The notes beneath the pieces are model-generated. The model saw nothing but the letters and a program-made list of their open reading frames with translations. It had not been told where the DNA came from and ran no database searches. From Malacoraja senta (taxonomy: Eukaryota), in assembly GCA_038087875.1 (NCBI GenBank), contig CM075997.1, positions 7,070,001-7,134,000 of the forward strand: a stretch of DNA of 64,000 bases. Direction: 5' to 3'. The position numbers and the translations under genes were made by a program. Below, piece by piece: positions 11,410-22,492 of the stretch. The first letter of the stretch is position 1. Each line of letters begins with the position of its first letter.

Positions 11410-12135
11410 TCAAGATTCAAGATTCAAGAAGTTTATTGCCATGTCAACAAGTTGATAGGAATGTGTCTTGGTTCGCTCTCAGACAGATACAATTCAGTAC
11501 AATACATCCACCACATACACCACAATAAATAATAAATAATACAGACAATATCGTACGAAGGACAATATATACAGGAAGGACAGTACCCAGCAGCGTCATG
11601 TTAAAGAGGTGATGTGCCGGGTGAAAGTGGTCTGCTATGATTTTTTTGGCCTTTCTGGTGAGTCTTGTTGAGTAAAGTCATGTCACTGAGGGAAGTGTGC
11701 TGAAACCGATGATCTTAGAAGCTCGGCGCACTATTCTCTCCAGCCGAATCTTATCCTGCGAGGTTGTGTGACCATACCAGACAAGCATGGAGAATGTGAG
11801 TATGCTTTCTATGGTAGACCTATAGAAGTGGGTCATGGCTGGACGACTGACCCTGAATTTTTTGAGCTGCCGCAGGAAGTAGCGTCGCTGGTGGCACTTA
11901 CTGATTATGAGACTAGTGTTGAGCTCCCATGATAGGGATTGATGTATGGTGGTCCCGAGGAACTTAAAGAGGGTGACCCTCTCAACCACCTCTCCATTGA
12001 TGAAGAGAGGGAGGAGGGGGGTGGCCCTCTTTCCGAAATCAACAACCAGCTCCTTAGTTTTTGAGATGTTAAGTATGAGGTTGTTGTTCTCACACCACCT
12101 TACTAGCTCCTCTACTTCCCTACGGTAAACGGTTT
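11410..12135 (-). mobile_element. Rex1/Babar-like LINE 3' fragment
   Basis: WCENNNLILNISKTKELVVDF...FKFLGTTI...QRRYFLRQLKKF; tail aataaa followed by (cttgaat)n. Confidence 0.75.
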
Positions 12136-13982
12136 CAATGTTATAGGAGCAGAATGAGGCCATTCGGCCCATTAAGTCTACTCCACCATTCAATCATGGC
12201 TTATCTATCTTTCCCTCTCAACCCCATTCTCCTGCCTCCTCCCCATAACCCCTGACACCCGTACTAATCAAGAATCTATCTATCTCTGCCTTAAAAATGT
12301 TCATTGACTTGGCCTCCACAAGCAAAGATGATGCAGCTTTGTAGGATTTTGGGTAGGCCACCAACATTTTATTCTTATGAACCGCAATAAGCAAAGTAAG
12401 CTGGATGTGTAGAAAGGAACTGCAGGTGCTGGTTTATGCAGAGGATAGACACAAAATGCTGGAGTGACTCAGCGGGACAGGCAGCATCTTTGGAGAGAAG
12501 GAATGGGTTACGTTTTGTGTCGAGACCCTTCTTCAGACTGAGAGGACTTGGCTTGAGATAATAGTGGAACCATATAAAGCCCAAGAATTTTACATTCCAG
12601 ATACTGTTTTCCAAGAAAGATCAGGCAGCCAATGTGATATTTTCACCCTTCTTCAGACTCAACTCTAAATGCCACCCATTCCTTCTCTCCAAAGATGCTG
12701 CCTGTCCCGCTGAGTCACTCCAGCATTTTGTGTCTATCGTTGCCTATTTCCTTCGCTCCATAGATGCTGCCTCACCCGCTGAGTTTCTCCAGCATTTTTG
12801 TCTACCACCTATATCTCTCGTTTCCCTCTCCCCCGACTCTCAGTCTGAAGAAGGGTCTCGACCCGAAAGGTGACCTGTTCCTTCCCTCCAGAGACGCTGC
12901 CTGTCCCGCTGAGTTACTCCAGCATCCTGAGTCTGTTGCTGGATAATTCAGCCCTTCCTTGCTGGGAAATAGAGTCAGAGTGATACAGTGTGGTATAAAT
13001 CTTTGCTATAAACCAGCACCTGCATAGACAATAGACAATAGACAATAAACAATAGGTGCAGGAGTAGGCCATTCGGCCCTTCGAGCCAGCACCGCCATTC
13101 AATGTGATCATGGCTGATCATCCCCAATCAGTACCCCGTTCCTGCCTTTTCCCCATATCCCCTGACTCTGCTATTTTAAGAGCCCTATCTAGCTCTCTCT
13201 TGAAAGTCTCCACCGCCCTCTGAGGCAGAGAATTCCACAGACTCACCACTCTCTGTGAGAAAAAGTGTTTCCTCGTCTCCGTTCTAAGTGATACAGTGTG
13301 AAAACAGGCCCTTGGGCCCAACTTGCCCACACTGACCAACATGTCCCAGCTACACTAGTCCCACCTGCCTGGCTTGGCCCATATCCCTCCAAACCTGTCC
13401 TATCCATGTACCTGTCTAACTTTCTTAAATGTTGCGATAGTCCCTGCCTCAACTACCTCCTCTGGCAGCTCGTTCCAGACACCCACCGCCCCTTGTGTGA
13501 AAAAGTTACCCCTGATGATTGAAGTAGAGGTGTCTAATCCCTCTTGGCTGCCGGCTGTGAATTGTGCTGTTAAGCTAATTACCAAAGTGAATATTAAAGC
13601 AGTCTTGTGCGTTACTCGATGTCAGATCTTATCATCAATCTGCACTTGGAATCCCATCCTTGCAATCTCCTCATCTCTCGTTAATTATGATGAACGACAG
13701 CCCTGGTTCAGAAGTGTTTCATCATCTAGATGAAGAATTTGTTTCTCGGTGCAGGCAGTGACTTGTATTTCCGATGGATTCGTTTTCATTTTAGTTTAGT
13801 CTCGAGATACAACAGGGGAGGGAACAGGCCCTTCGGCCCACCGATTCCGTACCGACCAGCGATCCCCGCACACCATCACTGTCCTACACACAGTAGTTGC
13901 TGGAGTAACTCAGCGAGACAGGCAGCATCTCTGGAGAGAAGGAATGGGTGAATTTTCAGGTCGAGACCCTTCCTCAGACTTG

Positions 13983-14652
13983 CAATAGACAATAGACAAT
14001 AGGTGCAGGAGTAGGCCATTCGGCCCTTCGAGCCAGCACCGCCATTCAATGTGATCATGGCTGATCATCCCCAATCAGTACCCCGTTCCTGCCTTCTCCT
14101 GACTATTTTTAATAGCCCTATCTAGCTCTCTCTTGAAAGCATCCAGAGAACCCACCTCCACCGCCCTCTGAGGCAGAGAATTCCACAGACTCACCACTCT
14201 CTGTGAGAAAAAGTGTTTCCTCGTCTCCATTCTAAATGGCTTACTCCTTATTCTTAAACTGTGGCCCCTGGTTCTGGACTCCCCCAACATCGGGAACATG
14301 TTTCCTGCCTCTAGCGTGTGCAAGCCCTTAACAATCTTATATGTTTCAATGAGATTCCCTCTCATCCTTCTAAACTTCAGAGTGTACAAGCCCAGCCGCT
14401 CCATTCTCTCAGCATATGACAGTCCCGCCATCCCGGGAATTAACCTTGTAAACCTACGCTGCACTCCCTCAATAGCAGTAATGTCCTTCCTCAAATCAGG
14501 GGACCAAAACTGCACACAATACTCCAGCTGTGGTCTCACTAGGGCTCAGTACAACTGCAGAAGGACATCTTTGCTCCTATATTCGATTCCTCTTGTTATA
14601 AAGGCCAACATGCCATTCGCTTTCTTCACTGCCTGCTGTACCTGCATGCTTA
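13983..14652 (-). mobile_element. CR1 LINE 3' fragment
   Basis: ORF 14075-14539 (-) RPQLEYCVQFWSP...; (attgtct)n tail. Confidence 0.9.
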
Positions 14653-16264
14653 CAAGGAGATAGAGCTGATAGATTTGAGCAGGATTTGAATGAAAGTAGC
14701 ACATTCAATGCCGATGTCGGACGTACTCTGTGTCTGAGGAAGAGTTTTGTGGCGGAGAGTTTTATTATTCAGTATTAATGCCCAATAATCTGTACTGCAC
14801 ACAAGATGATGTTATTCATTAAAGATCACTGCCACATCAGTGAATTCCCCAAGGAAGGACCGGGGAGAGGAGACAAAATGAATGTAATAGATTTAATTTA
14901 TCTTGTTTCACAGAGGGCCTCTAGCAAGGTGACGCATGATAAATTAGAGTCTGAGCGTATATTGTCAACGAATGGAGCAGAATTATTTCACACAGAATAC
15001 CTCAGAATTAAAGGACGTTCTTTTAGGAAGGAGATGAGGAGGAATTTCTTTGTTTAAGAAGGAACTGCAGATGCTGGAAAATCGAAGGTAGACTAAAATG
15101 CTGGAGAAACTCAGCGGGTGCGGCAGCATCTATGGAGCGAAGGAAACAGGCTATGTTTCGGGCCGAAACCTTTCAGACTAAATTTCTTTAGTCGGTGGGT
15201 GGTGAATCTGTGGAATTCTTTGCCACAGAAGGCTGTAGAGGCCAAGTCAGTGGATATTTTTAAGGCAGAGATAGATAGATTCTTGATCAGTACGGGTGTC
15301 AGAGGTTATGGGGAGAAGGCAGGAGAATGGGGTTAGGAGGGAGAGAATTGAATGGCGGAGTAGACTTGATGGGCTGAATGGTCTAATTTTGCTCCTATCT
15401 CTTATGATCGTATGATGTACACAGAGGGTGGTGGATGCCTGGAATGCACTGCCAGGGATGATGGTGGCTGTAGTTTAGTTTAGTACGCCACAGTGGCGCA
15501 GTGGTAGAGTTGCTGCCTGACAGCGCCAGAGACTCGGGTTCGATCCTGACTACGGGCGCTGTCTGTACGGATTTCGGAATCTCCCCGTAACCTGCGTGAG
15601 TTTTCTCCGGGATCTCCAGTTTCCTCCCACCTTCCAAAGCGCACAGGTTTGTAATCTAATTGGCTTCGGTAAAAATTTATAAATCATCCCTAGTGTGAGT
15701 GTAGGATAGTGTTCGTGCACGGCGAATCGCTGGTCAATGTGGACTCGGTGGGCCGAAGGGCCTGTTTCCGTGCTGTATCTCTAAATCGCTAAAGTCAATT
15801 GTCACGTGTACTGAGGTACAGTGAAATGCTTTTGTTGCGTGCTATCCAGTCAAAGAAAAGTACAGACATGATTAAAATCAAGCCATGCAGTGTAAAGATA
15901 ATGGATAACGATTTAGTTCAAGATAAAGTCTGATAAAGTCTGATTAAATATAGTTTAAAGGTCTAGAATGAGGTAGATAGGTAGTCAGGAGCGCACTCTA
16001 GCTGGTGATAGGACAGGCCAGTTGCCAGATAACAGCTGAGAAGAAATTGTCGCTGAATCTGGAACCATTCGTACGATAGTGGTGTTTAAGAGGCTTTAAT
16101 AGGCAAATGAATATACAGGGATAATCGGGAAATAGATCACGTGCAGGCAAAGGAGATTTGTTCATGTTCGGCACGGACATTGTGGGCCGAAGGGCCTGTT
16201 TCTGGGCTGTGCTGTTCCATGTTCAATGTTGTAATGGATTGCTAACAAACTGACCACAATACCG

Positions 16265-16590
16265 GTGGCACGGTGGAGCAGCTGTAGAGTTGTATCCTCA
16301 CAGCGCCAGAGACCCGGGTTCAATCTGGACCACGGGTGCTGTCTGTACGGAGTTTGTACGTTCTCCCCGTGACCTGCGTGGGTTTTCTCCGGGATCTCTG
16401 GTTTCCTCCCACACTCCAAAGACATACTGGTTTGTCGGCTAATTGACTTGGTGACATTTTTTTAATGTCCCGAGTGTGTGTAGGATAATGTCAGTGTGCG
16501 GGGATCGCTGGTCGGCGCGGACTTGGTGGGCCGAAGAGCCTGTTTCTGCACTGTATCTCTGTATCTCTGTATCACTGTAAACTAAACTAA
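16265..16590 (+). mobile_element. HE1-like V-SINE, full length
   Basis: tRNA-like head, V-domain and CR1-type tail with ctaaa repeats. Confidence 0.88.
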
Positions 16591-16914
16591 AGACCAAAGG
16601 GATGAAGGATAACAATTCAGTGGTAAATAGATCTCGAGCTACCTGTTGCATCTATATTAATGAGGTAGGCTGTGGAATCAAAGATACTGTTACTATATTG
16701 GTGGATGAGTGAACGTTGGTGAGGCAATGGGAAAGTTGCTACAGGATGACATGGAAAATAATGAGGTAGTTGTGAGTCAATGAATGAAATCCAACGTTAG
16801 TAAACGTACAAATAACCTCCAGACAGCATTCTCATGACCAAAACTACCGTATTTCCCGGCAATGAAGATGCACCCACATTTTGAGGCGCAAAATTTTGAA
16901 AAATAAAAAACAGA

Positions 16915-17247
16915 CATTCGCCTTGGTGGCAGCCATTTCCATTCGCCGTATAGCGGCCATTTCCATTTGCCGTGGTGGCGGTTGTTTCCATTCGCAGCGG
17001 TGGCGGCAATTTCCATTCGCCATGGTGGCGGCCATTTCCATTCGCCGTGGTGGCGGCCATTTCCATTCGCCGTGGTGGCGGTTGTTTCCATTCGCCATGG
17101 TGGCGGCCCTTTTCCATTCGCCATGGTGGCGGTTGTTTCCATTCGCCATGGTGGCGGCCCTTTTCCATTCGCCATGGTGGCGGCCGTTTCCATTCGCCAT
17201 GGTGGCGGCCGTTTCCATTCGCCATGGTGGCGGCCATTTCCATTCGC
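16915..17247. repeat. 25-bp minisatellite, about 13 copies
   Basis: Unit gccatggtggcggccgtttccattc with variants; explains the 25-aa periodic ORFs in all six frames. Confidence 0.95.
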
Positions 17248-17606
17248 AGCCATTCCCAGACACAGATAATGTATACACTGGTGCGGTAATAAAAAAAATA
17301 CAGCGTTTGGAATAAAATAACATTTAATTATGCACGGAACAAAGATTACAGAGATTACAAAAACGGAAAGCATTCTAATCTTCAAATCCGAAAAATTTAC
17401 TACTCATCCGAATCTTCAAAGCATAATACCGGTAATACATCAGGGTCATCACTGCTGATCAACAATTTACAGAATTAAACAACTTACCGCAAACAGAATT
17501 TACACAGCTCCTACCTAGACCAGGTTTGAAATGGGGAAAATCCTCACGCGAATGCATGTCGCTTCTGAATGGATTGCCCTTTTGTACTGAAACGCTTCCT
17601 ATACGC

Positions 17607-17758
17607 CAAGGGGCGTCAAACTCGCGGGCCACGGGCCGCAACTGATCCGCGAAGGAGTCCGATCCGGCCCGCGGGATGATTTCCCCGATGCCAGAGCAGG
17701 CATGAAGTCGCATTTTGCCCGTGACCTAAAAAGAGGTCAAATGAGTTTGACACACCTG
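17607..17758. mobile_element. hAT (Charlie-like) mini-element nested in the Tc2-like element
   Basis: Ends caaggggcgtcaaactc ... gagtttgacacacctg; no clear 8-bp TSD. Confidence 0.55.
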
Positions 17759-18296
17759 CTTCGGCCTGCAAGACGCAGGTAATTTTTCGGGCCTTATTTT
17801 AGGGTAAAAAATAGCGTCTTCATTGCCGGGAAATACGGTACATATAGGGGCACCATACATTGATGGAGTCTTGCCTCTGGAAAATCTAGGCATTTGTGTC
17901 CTTCGTTATATTAAAATCTGTCGAGCCACTGCTCCTTGCAAATAGATGCCTTGACTCCACAGGGCTGAACTGATTTATTATGCACCACCTTCCAGAATGC
18001 CTTCTGTAAATTAAATCTAATGCAATGTTTTTAGTCGGCCCTCTGTGGTCACTTCTCAAAGGTGGCAGCCATCTTAATTAATAAACAAGAGCGAGAATCA
18101 GTGCAGAATATCCTCGCCCGTGTGACAATGCAGTTTCATTAGACTGGGAAAATAAAATACAACTTCATCAGAAAATCAGATCCGTTATTCCAAAGATGTA
18201 TTGAAATTTTGCTATACTGCACTTTGGGAACAGTGTGTAGATCATAAATGTGTCACTAATCCGTTCTGCCCCCAATAAATCATGTTAGCACCCTAA

Positions 18297-18844
18297 AGCC
18301 CCTGTCCCACTTTCACGACCTAATTAGCGACCTCTGCCGAGTTTGCCCTTGATTCATACTCGCAGCAAGGTCGCCACGAGGTCATGGGAGGTCTTCGTAA
18401 CTCTTCCTCATGCTCGTGAGTGGTCTCCGCATATCGTGGTCTCCGCATATCGTGGTCTCAAGTAGGTCGCGGCAGTTTTTCCAGCCTGATAAAAAATGTC
18501 CACGAGTAAAAAAAAGGTCGGCATGGAAAAAATTGATACTTTTTACTCGTAGGTAGGTCGTGATGGTAGTCGTAGATAGTCGTAGATAGTCGTAGGTCGG
18601 TAACTGGCCCGAGAAAAAAAATGCAAACATGGCATCATTTTATCGTGATCATTTTCCACTCATAGCCTTGGTCTTAGGTGTGGAAGACTGAGGTCGAGGG
18701 GGGTCGGAGGAGATCATAGAAATAGTCGTAGGAGGTCGTAGACATAGTCGTAGGAGGTCTTTTACTTCGGCGAGTCAACACGACCTTGACATTTTTTTCA
18801 ACTCGTCTAGGGTCTTCTAAACTCGTCCAAGTGGGACAGGCCCT
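18297..18844. mobile_element. PIF/Harbinger-type MITE, family A (long form)
   Basis: TIRs agcccctgtcccactt / aagtgggacaggccct; 5' part matches 1606-1842. Confidence 0.8.
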
Positions 18845-18871
18845 TCACACTTCCTTTATGCACAGAATTCA

Positions 18872-20865
18872 TATAACCATATAACCATATAACAATTACA
18901 GCACGGAAACAGGCCATCTCGGCCCTTCTAGTCCGTGCCGAACACTTACTCTCACCTAGTCCCATCTACCTGCACTCAGACCATAACCCTCCATTCCTTT
19001 CCCGTCCATCTACCCATCCAATTTATTTTTAAATGATAAAATCGAACCACTTCCACTGGAAGCTCATTCCACACAGCTACCACTCTCTGAATAAAGAAGT
19101 TCCCCCTCATGTTACCCCTAAACTTCTGTCCCTTAATTCTCAAATCATGTCCTCTTATTTGAATCTTTCCTACTCTCAATGGAAAAAGCTTATCCACGTC
19201 AACTCTGTCTATCCCTCTCATCATTTTAAAGACCTCTATCAAGTCCCCCCTTAACCTTCTGCGCTCCAAAGAATAAAGACCTAACTTGTTCAACCTTTCT
19301 CTGTAACTTAGGTGCTGAAACCCAGGCAACATTCTAGTAACATTCGAGTCTGAAGAAGGGTTTCGGCCCGAAACGTTACCTATTTCCTTCGCTCCATAGA
19401 TGCTGCTGCACCCGCTGAGTTTCTCCAGCATTTTTGTGTACCAACATTCTAGTAAATCTCCTCTGTACTCTCTCTATTTTGTTTACATCTTTCCTATAAT
19501 TTGGCGACTAAAATTGTACACCATACTCCAGAATTGGCCTCACCTTGTACAATTTTAACATTACATCCCAACTTCTATACTCAATGCTCTGATTTATAAA
19601 GGGCAGCACACCAAAAGCTTTCTTTACCACCCTATCTACATGAGATTCCACCTTCAGGGAACTATGCACAGTTATTCCTAGATCCCTCTGTTCAACTGCA
19701 TTCCTCAATTCGCTACCATTTACCATGTACGTCCTATCTTGATTTGTCCTGCCAAGATGTAGCACCTCACACTTATCAGCATTAAACTCCATCTGCCATC
19801 TTTCAGCCCACTCTTCCAAATGGCCTAAATCTCTCAGTAGACTTTGAAAATCTACTTCATTATCCACAACACCATCTATCTTAGTATCATCTACATACTT
19901 ACTAATCCAATTTACCACACCATCATCCAGATCATTGATGTACATGACAAACAACAGTGGACCCAACACAGATCCCTGAGGCACCCCACTAGTCACCGGC
20001 CTCCAACCTGACAAACAGCCATCCACCATTACTCTCTGGCATCTCCCATTCAGCCACTGTTGAATCCATCTTGCTATTCCACTATTAATACCCAACAATT
20101 GAACCTTCTTAACCAACCTTCCATGTGGAACCTTGTCAAAGGCCTTACTGAAGTCCATATAGACAACATCCACCGCTTTACCCTCATCAATTTCCCTAGT
20201 AACCTCTTCAAAAAATTCAAGAAGATTACTCAAACATGACCTTCGTCACAAATCCATGTTGACTGTTCCTAATCAGCCCCTGTTTATCCAGATGCTTATG
20301 TATATTATCTCTAAGTATCCTTTCCATTAATTTGCCCACCACTGATGTCAAACTAACAGGTCTATAATTGCTAGGTTTACTCTTAGAACCCTTTTTAAAC
20401 AATGGAACAATATGCGCAGTACGCCAATGCCCCGGCACCATTCCCGTTTCTAATGACATTTGAAATATTTCTGTCATAGCCCCTGCTATTTCTATACTAA
20501 CTTCCCTCAATGTCCTAGGGAATATCCTGTCAGGACCTGGAGACTTATCCACTTTTATATTTTTCAAAAGTGTCAGTACTTCCTCTTCTTTGAATCTCAT
20601 AGTTTCCATAGCTACTCTACTTGTTTCCCTTACCGCACATAATTAAATATCCTTCTCCTTGGTGAATACCGAAGAAAAGAAATTGTTCAATATCTCCCCC
20701 TTCTCTTTTGGCTCTGCAGATAGCTGTTCACTCTGACTCTCTAATGGACCAATTTTATCCCTCGTTATCCTTTTGCTATTAATATAGCTGTAGAAACCCT
20801 TTGGATTTACTTTCACCTTACTTGCCAAAGCAACCTCATATCTTCTTTTAGCTTTTCTAATTCCA
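18872..20865 (-). mobile_element. 5'-truncated, frameshifted CR1 LINE (RT region)
   Basis: KSPGPD, NYRPVSLTS, DFSKAFDKV, GVPQGSVLGP and YVDD spread over ORFs 19508-20233, 20226-20609 and 20643-20828. Confidence 0.93.
19341..19441 (+). mobile_element. Minimal PLE tail insertion (hammerhead plus 3' end)
   Basis: 14-bp TSD caacattctagtaa at 19327-19340 and 19442-19455, inside CR1. Confidence 0.85.
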
Positions 20866-21383
20866 CGTGTGATTTAATCACATTTCTGTGAAACTAGGCT
20901 GATTTTAAATATAGTTTAGTTTAGAGATCCAGTTCGGAAACAGGCCCTTCGGCCCATTAGGTTTGCATCGGCCAGCAATCCCCGCGCACCAACACTATCC
21001 TACACACACGTATACAATTTTACTGAACCAAATTGACCTGCACACCCGCGCGTCTTCTGAGCGTGGGGATAAACCGGAGCACCCGGAGAAAACCCACGCA
21101 GTCACGAGGATAATGTAAAAACTCCGTACGGACAGCATCCGTAGTCAGGATCGAACCCGGGTCTCTGGCGCTGTGAGGCAGCGCCACCGTGCCACTCACT
21201 CAAAAGAACTTCCAGGACTTGGCTTGTTTCCCCCCATCGTTTCACGGACCAGCGTTGCTTCATCTCGGAATCTGAGTGCCAGGGTTTATTTGTATTGTAT
21301 ATTGTTGTGGTTTTCTATTAATAATAATGGCAGCCACCTCAATGCACTCTTTGACAAGGAACCAGAACTAACTGAGTAGATTT

Positions 21384-22408
21384 GTGTTAAAGAAGGAACT
21401 GCAGATGCTGGAAAATCGAAGGTAGACAAAAATGCTGGAGAAACTCAGCGGGTGCAGCAGCATCTATGGAGCGAAGGAAATAGGTAACGTTTCGGGCCGA
21501 AACCCTTCTTCAGACTGATAGGGGGTGGGGAGAAGAAAGGAAAAAAGGAAAAGGCGGAGGAGGAGCCCGAGGGCTGGGGGAGGGGAGGAGACAACCAGAT
21601 GGCTGATGAAGGGGAGGGGACAGCCAGGGCTAGCAGAATTGGGAGAATTCAATGTTCAGGCCACCAGGATGTAGACTGCCCAAGCGGAATATGAGGTGCA
21701 TTTCCTCCAATTTACGGTGTTGCTCGCTGTGGCCATGGAGGAGACCCAGGACAGAGAGGTCAGATACGGAATGGGAGGGGGAGTTGAAGTGCTGAGCCAC
21801 CGGGAGTTCAGGTTGGTTATTGCGGACCGACCGGAGGTGTTCGGCGAAACGATCGCCCAAGCAGTCGTTCCAGGTGCGACAGAGGTTCACCTGCATCTCC
21901 TCCAACCTCATCTATTGCATTCGCTGCTCTAGATGCCAGCTGATCTACATCGGTGAGACCAAGCGGAGGCTTGGCGATCGTTTCGCCGAACACCTCCGGT
22001 CGGTCCGCAATAACCAACCTGAACTCCCGGTGGCTCAGCACTTCAACTCCCCCTCCCATTCCGTATCTGACCTCTCTGTCCTGGGTCTCCTCCATGGCCA
22101 CAGCGAGCAACACCGTAAATTGGAGGAAATGCACCTCATATTCCGCTTGGGCAGTCTACATCCTGGTGGCCTGAACATTGAATTCTCCCAATTCTGCTAG
22201 CCCTGGCTGTCCCCTCCCCTTCATCAACCATCTGGTTGTCTCCTCCCCTCCCCCAGCCCTCGGGCTCCTCCTCCGCCTTTTCCTTTTTTCCTTTCTTCTC
22301 CCCACCCCCTATCAGTCTGAAGAAGGGTTTCGGCCCGAAACGTTACCTATTTCCTTCGCTCCATAGATGCTGCTGCACCCGCTGAGTTTCTCCAGCATTT
22401 TTGTGTAC
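21384..22408. mobile_element. Penelope-like element with inverted arms; GIY-YIG endonuclease fragment
   Basis: ORF 21820-22200 FTCISSNLIYCIRCSRCQLIYIGETKRRLGDRFAEH, a GIY-YIG with a Cys insert (Neptune-like). TSD ctaac(t/a)gagtagattt at 21368-21383 and 22409-22424. Confidence 0.9.
22317..22345 (+). ncRNA. Putative minimal hammerhead ribozyme (representative copy)
   Basis: CTGAAGA-A-GGGT[TTCG]GCCC-GAAA-CGTT; sits in the PLE 3' region, where minimal hammerheads are known to occur. Confidence 0.7.
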
Positions 22409-22492
22409 CTAACAGAGTAGATTTAATTGATTGAGATATTGACCCTCAAAGGCCATCAGAAAGGTGATGCATAGTAACTATGGTGAAATCAC

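Larger units (their letters stand above)
16847..17838. mobile_element. Non-autonomous Tc1/mariner element (Tc2/Kanga-like)
   Basis: 25-bp TIRs CCGTATTTCCCGGCAATGAAGA(T/C)GC with one mismatch; TA on both sides (16845-46 and 17839-40); no transposase ORF. Confidence 0.85.

Noticed and set aside
16777..17385. Six overlapping 100-200 aa repetitive ORFs; superficially CRISPR-like array
   Set aside because: Product of a stop-free 25-bp tandem repeat; there are no unique spacers.
18035..18050. CTCF-like word gccctctgtggtc
   Set aside because: Spacing does not fit the consensus; too weak to call.
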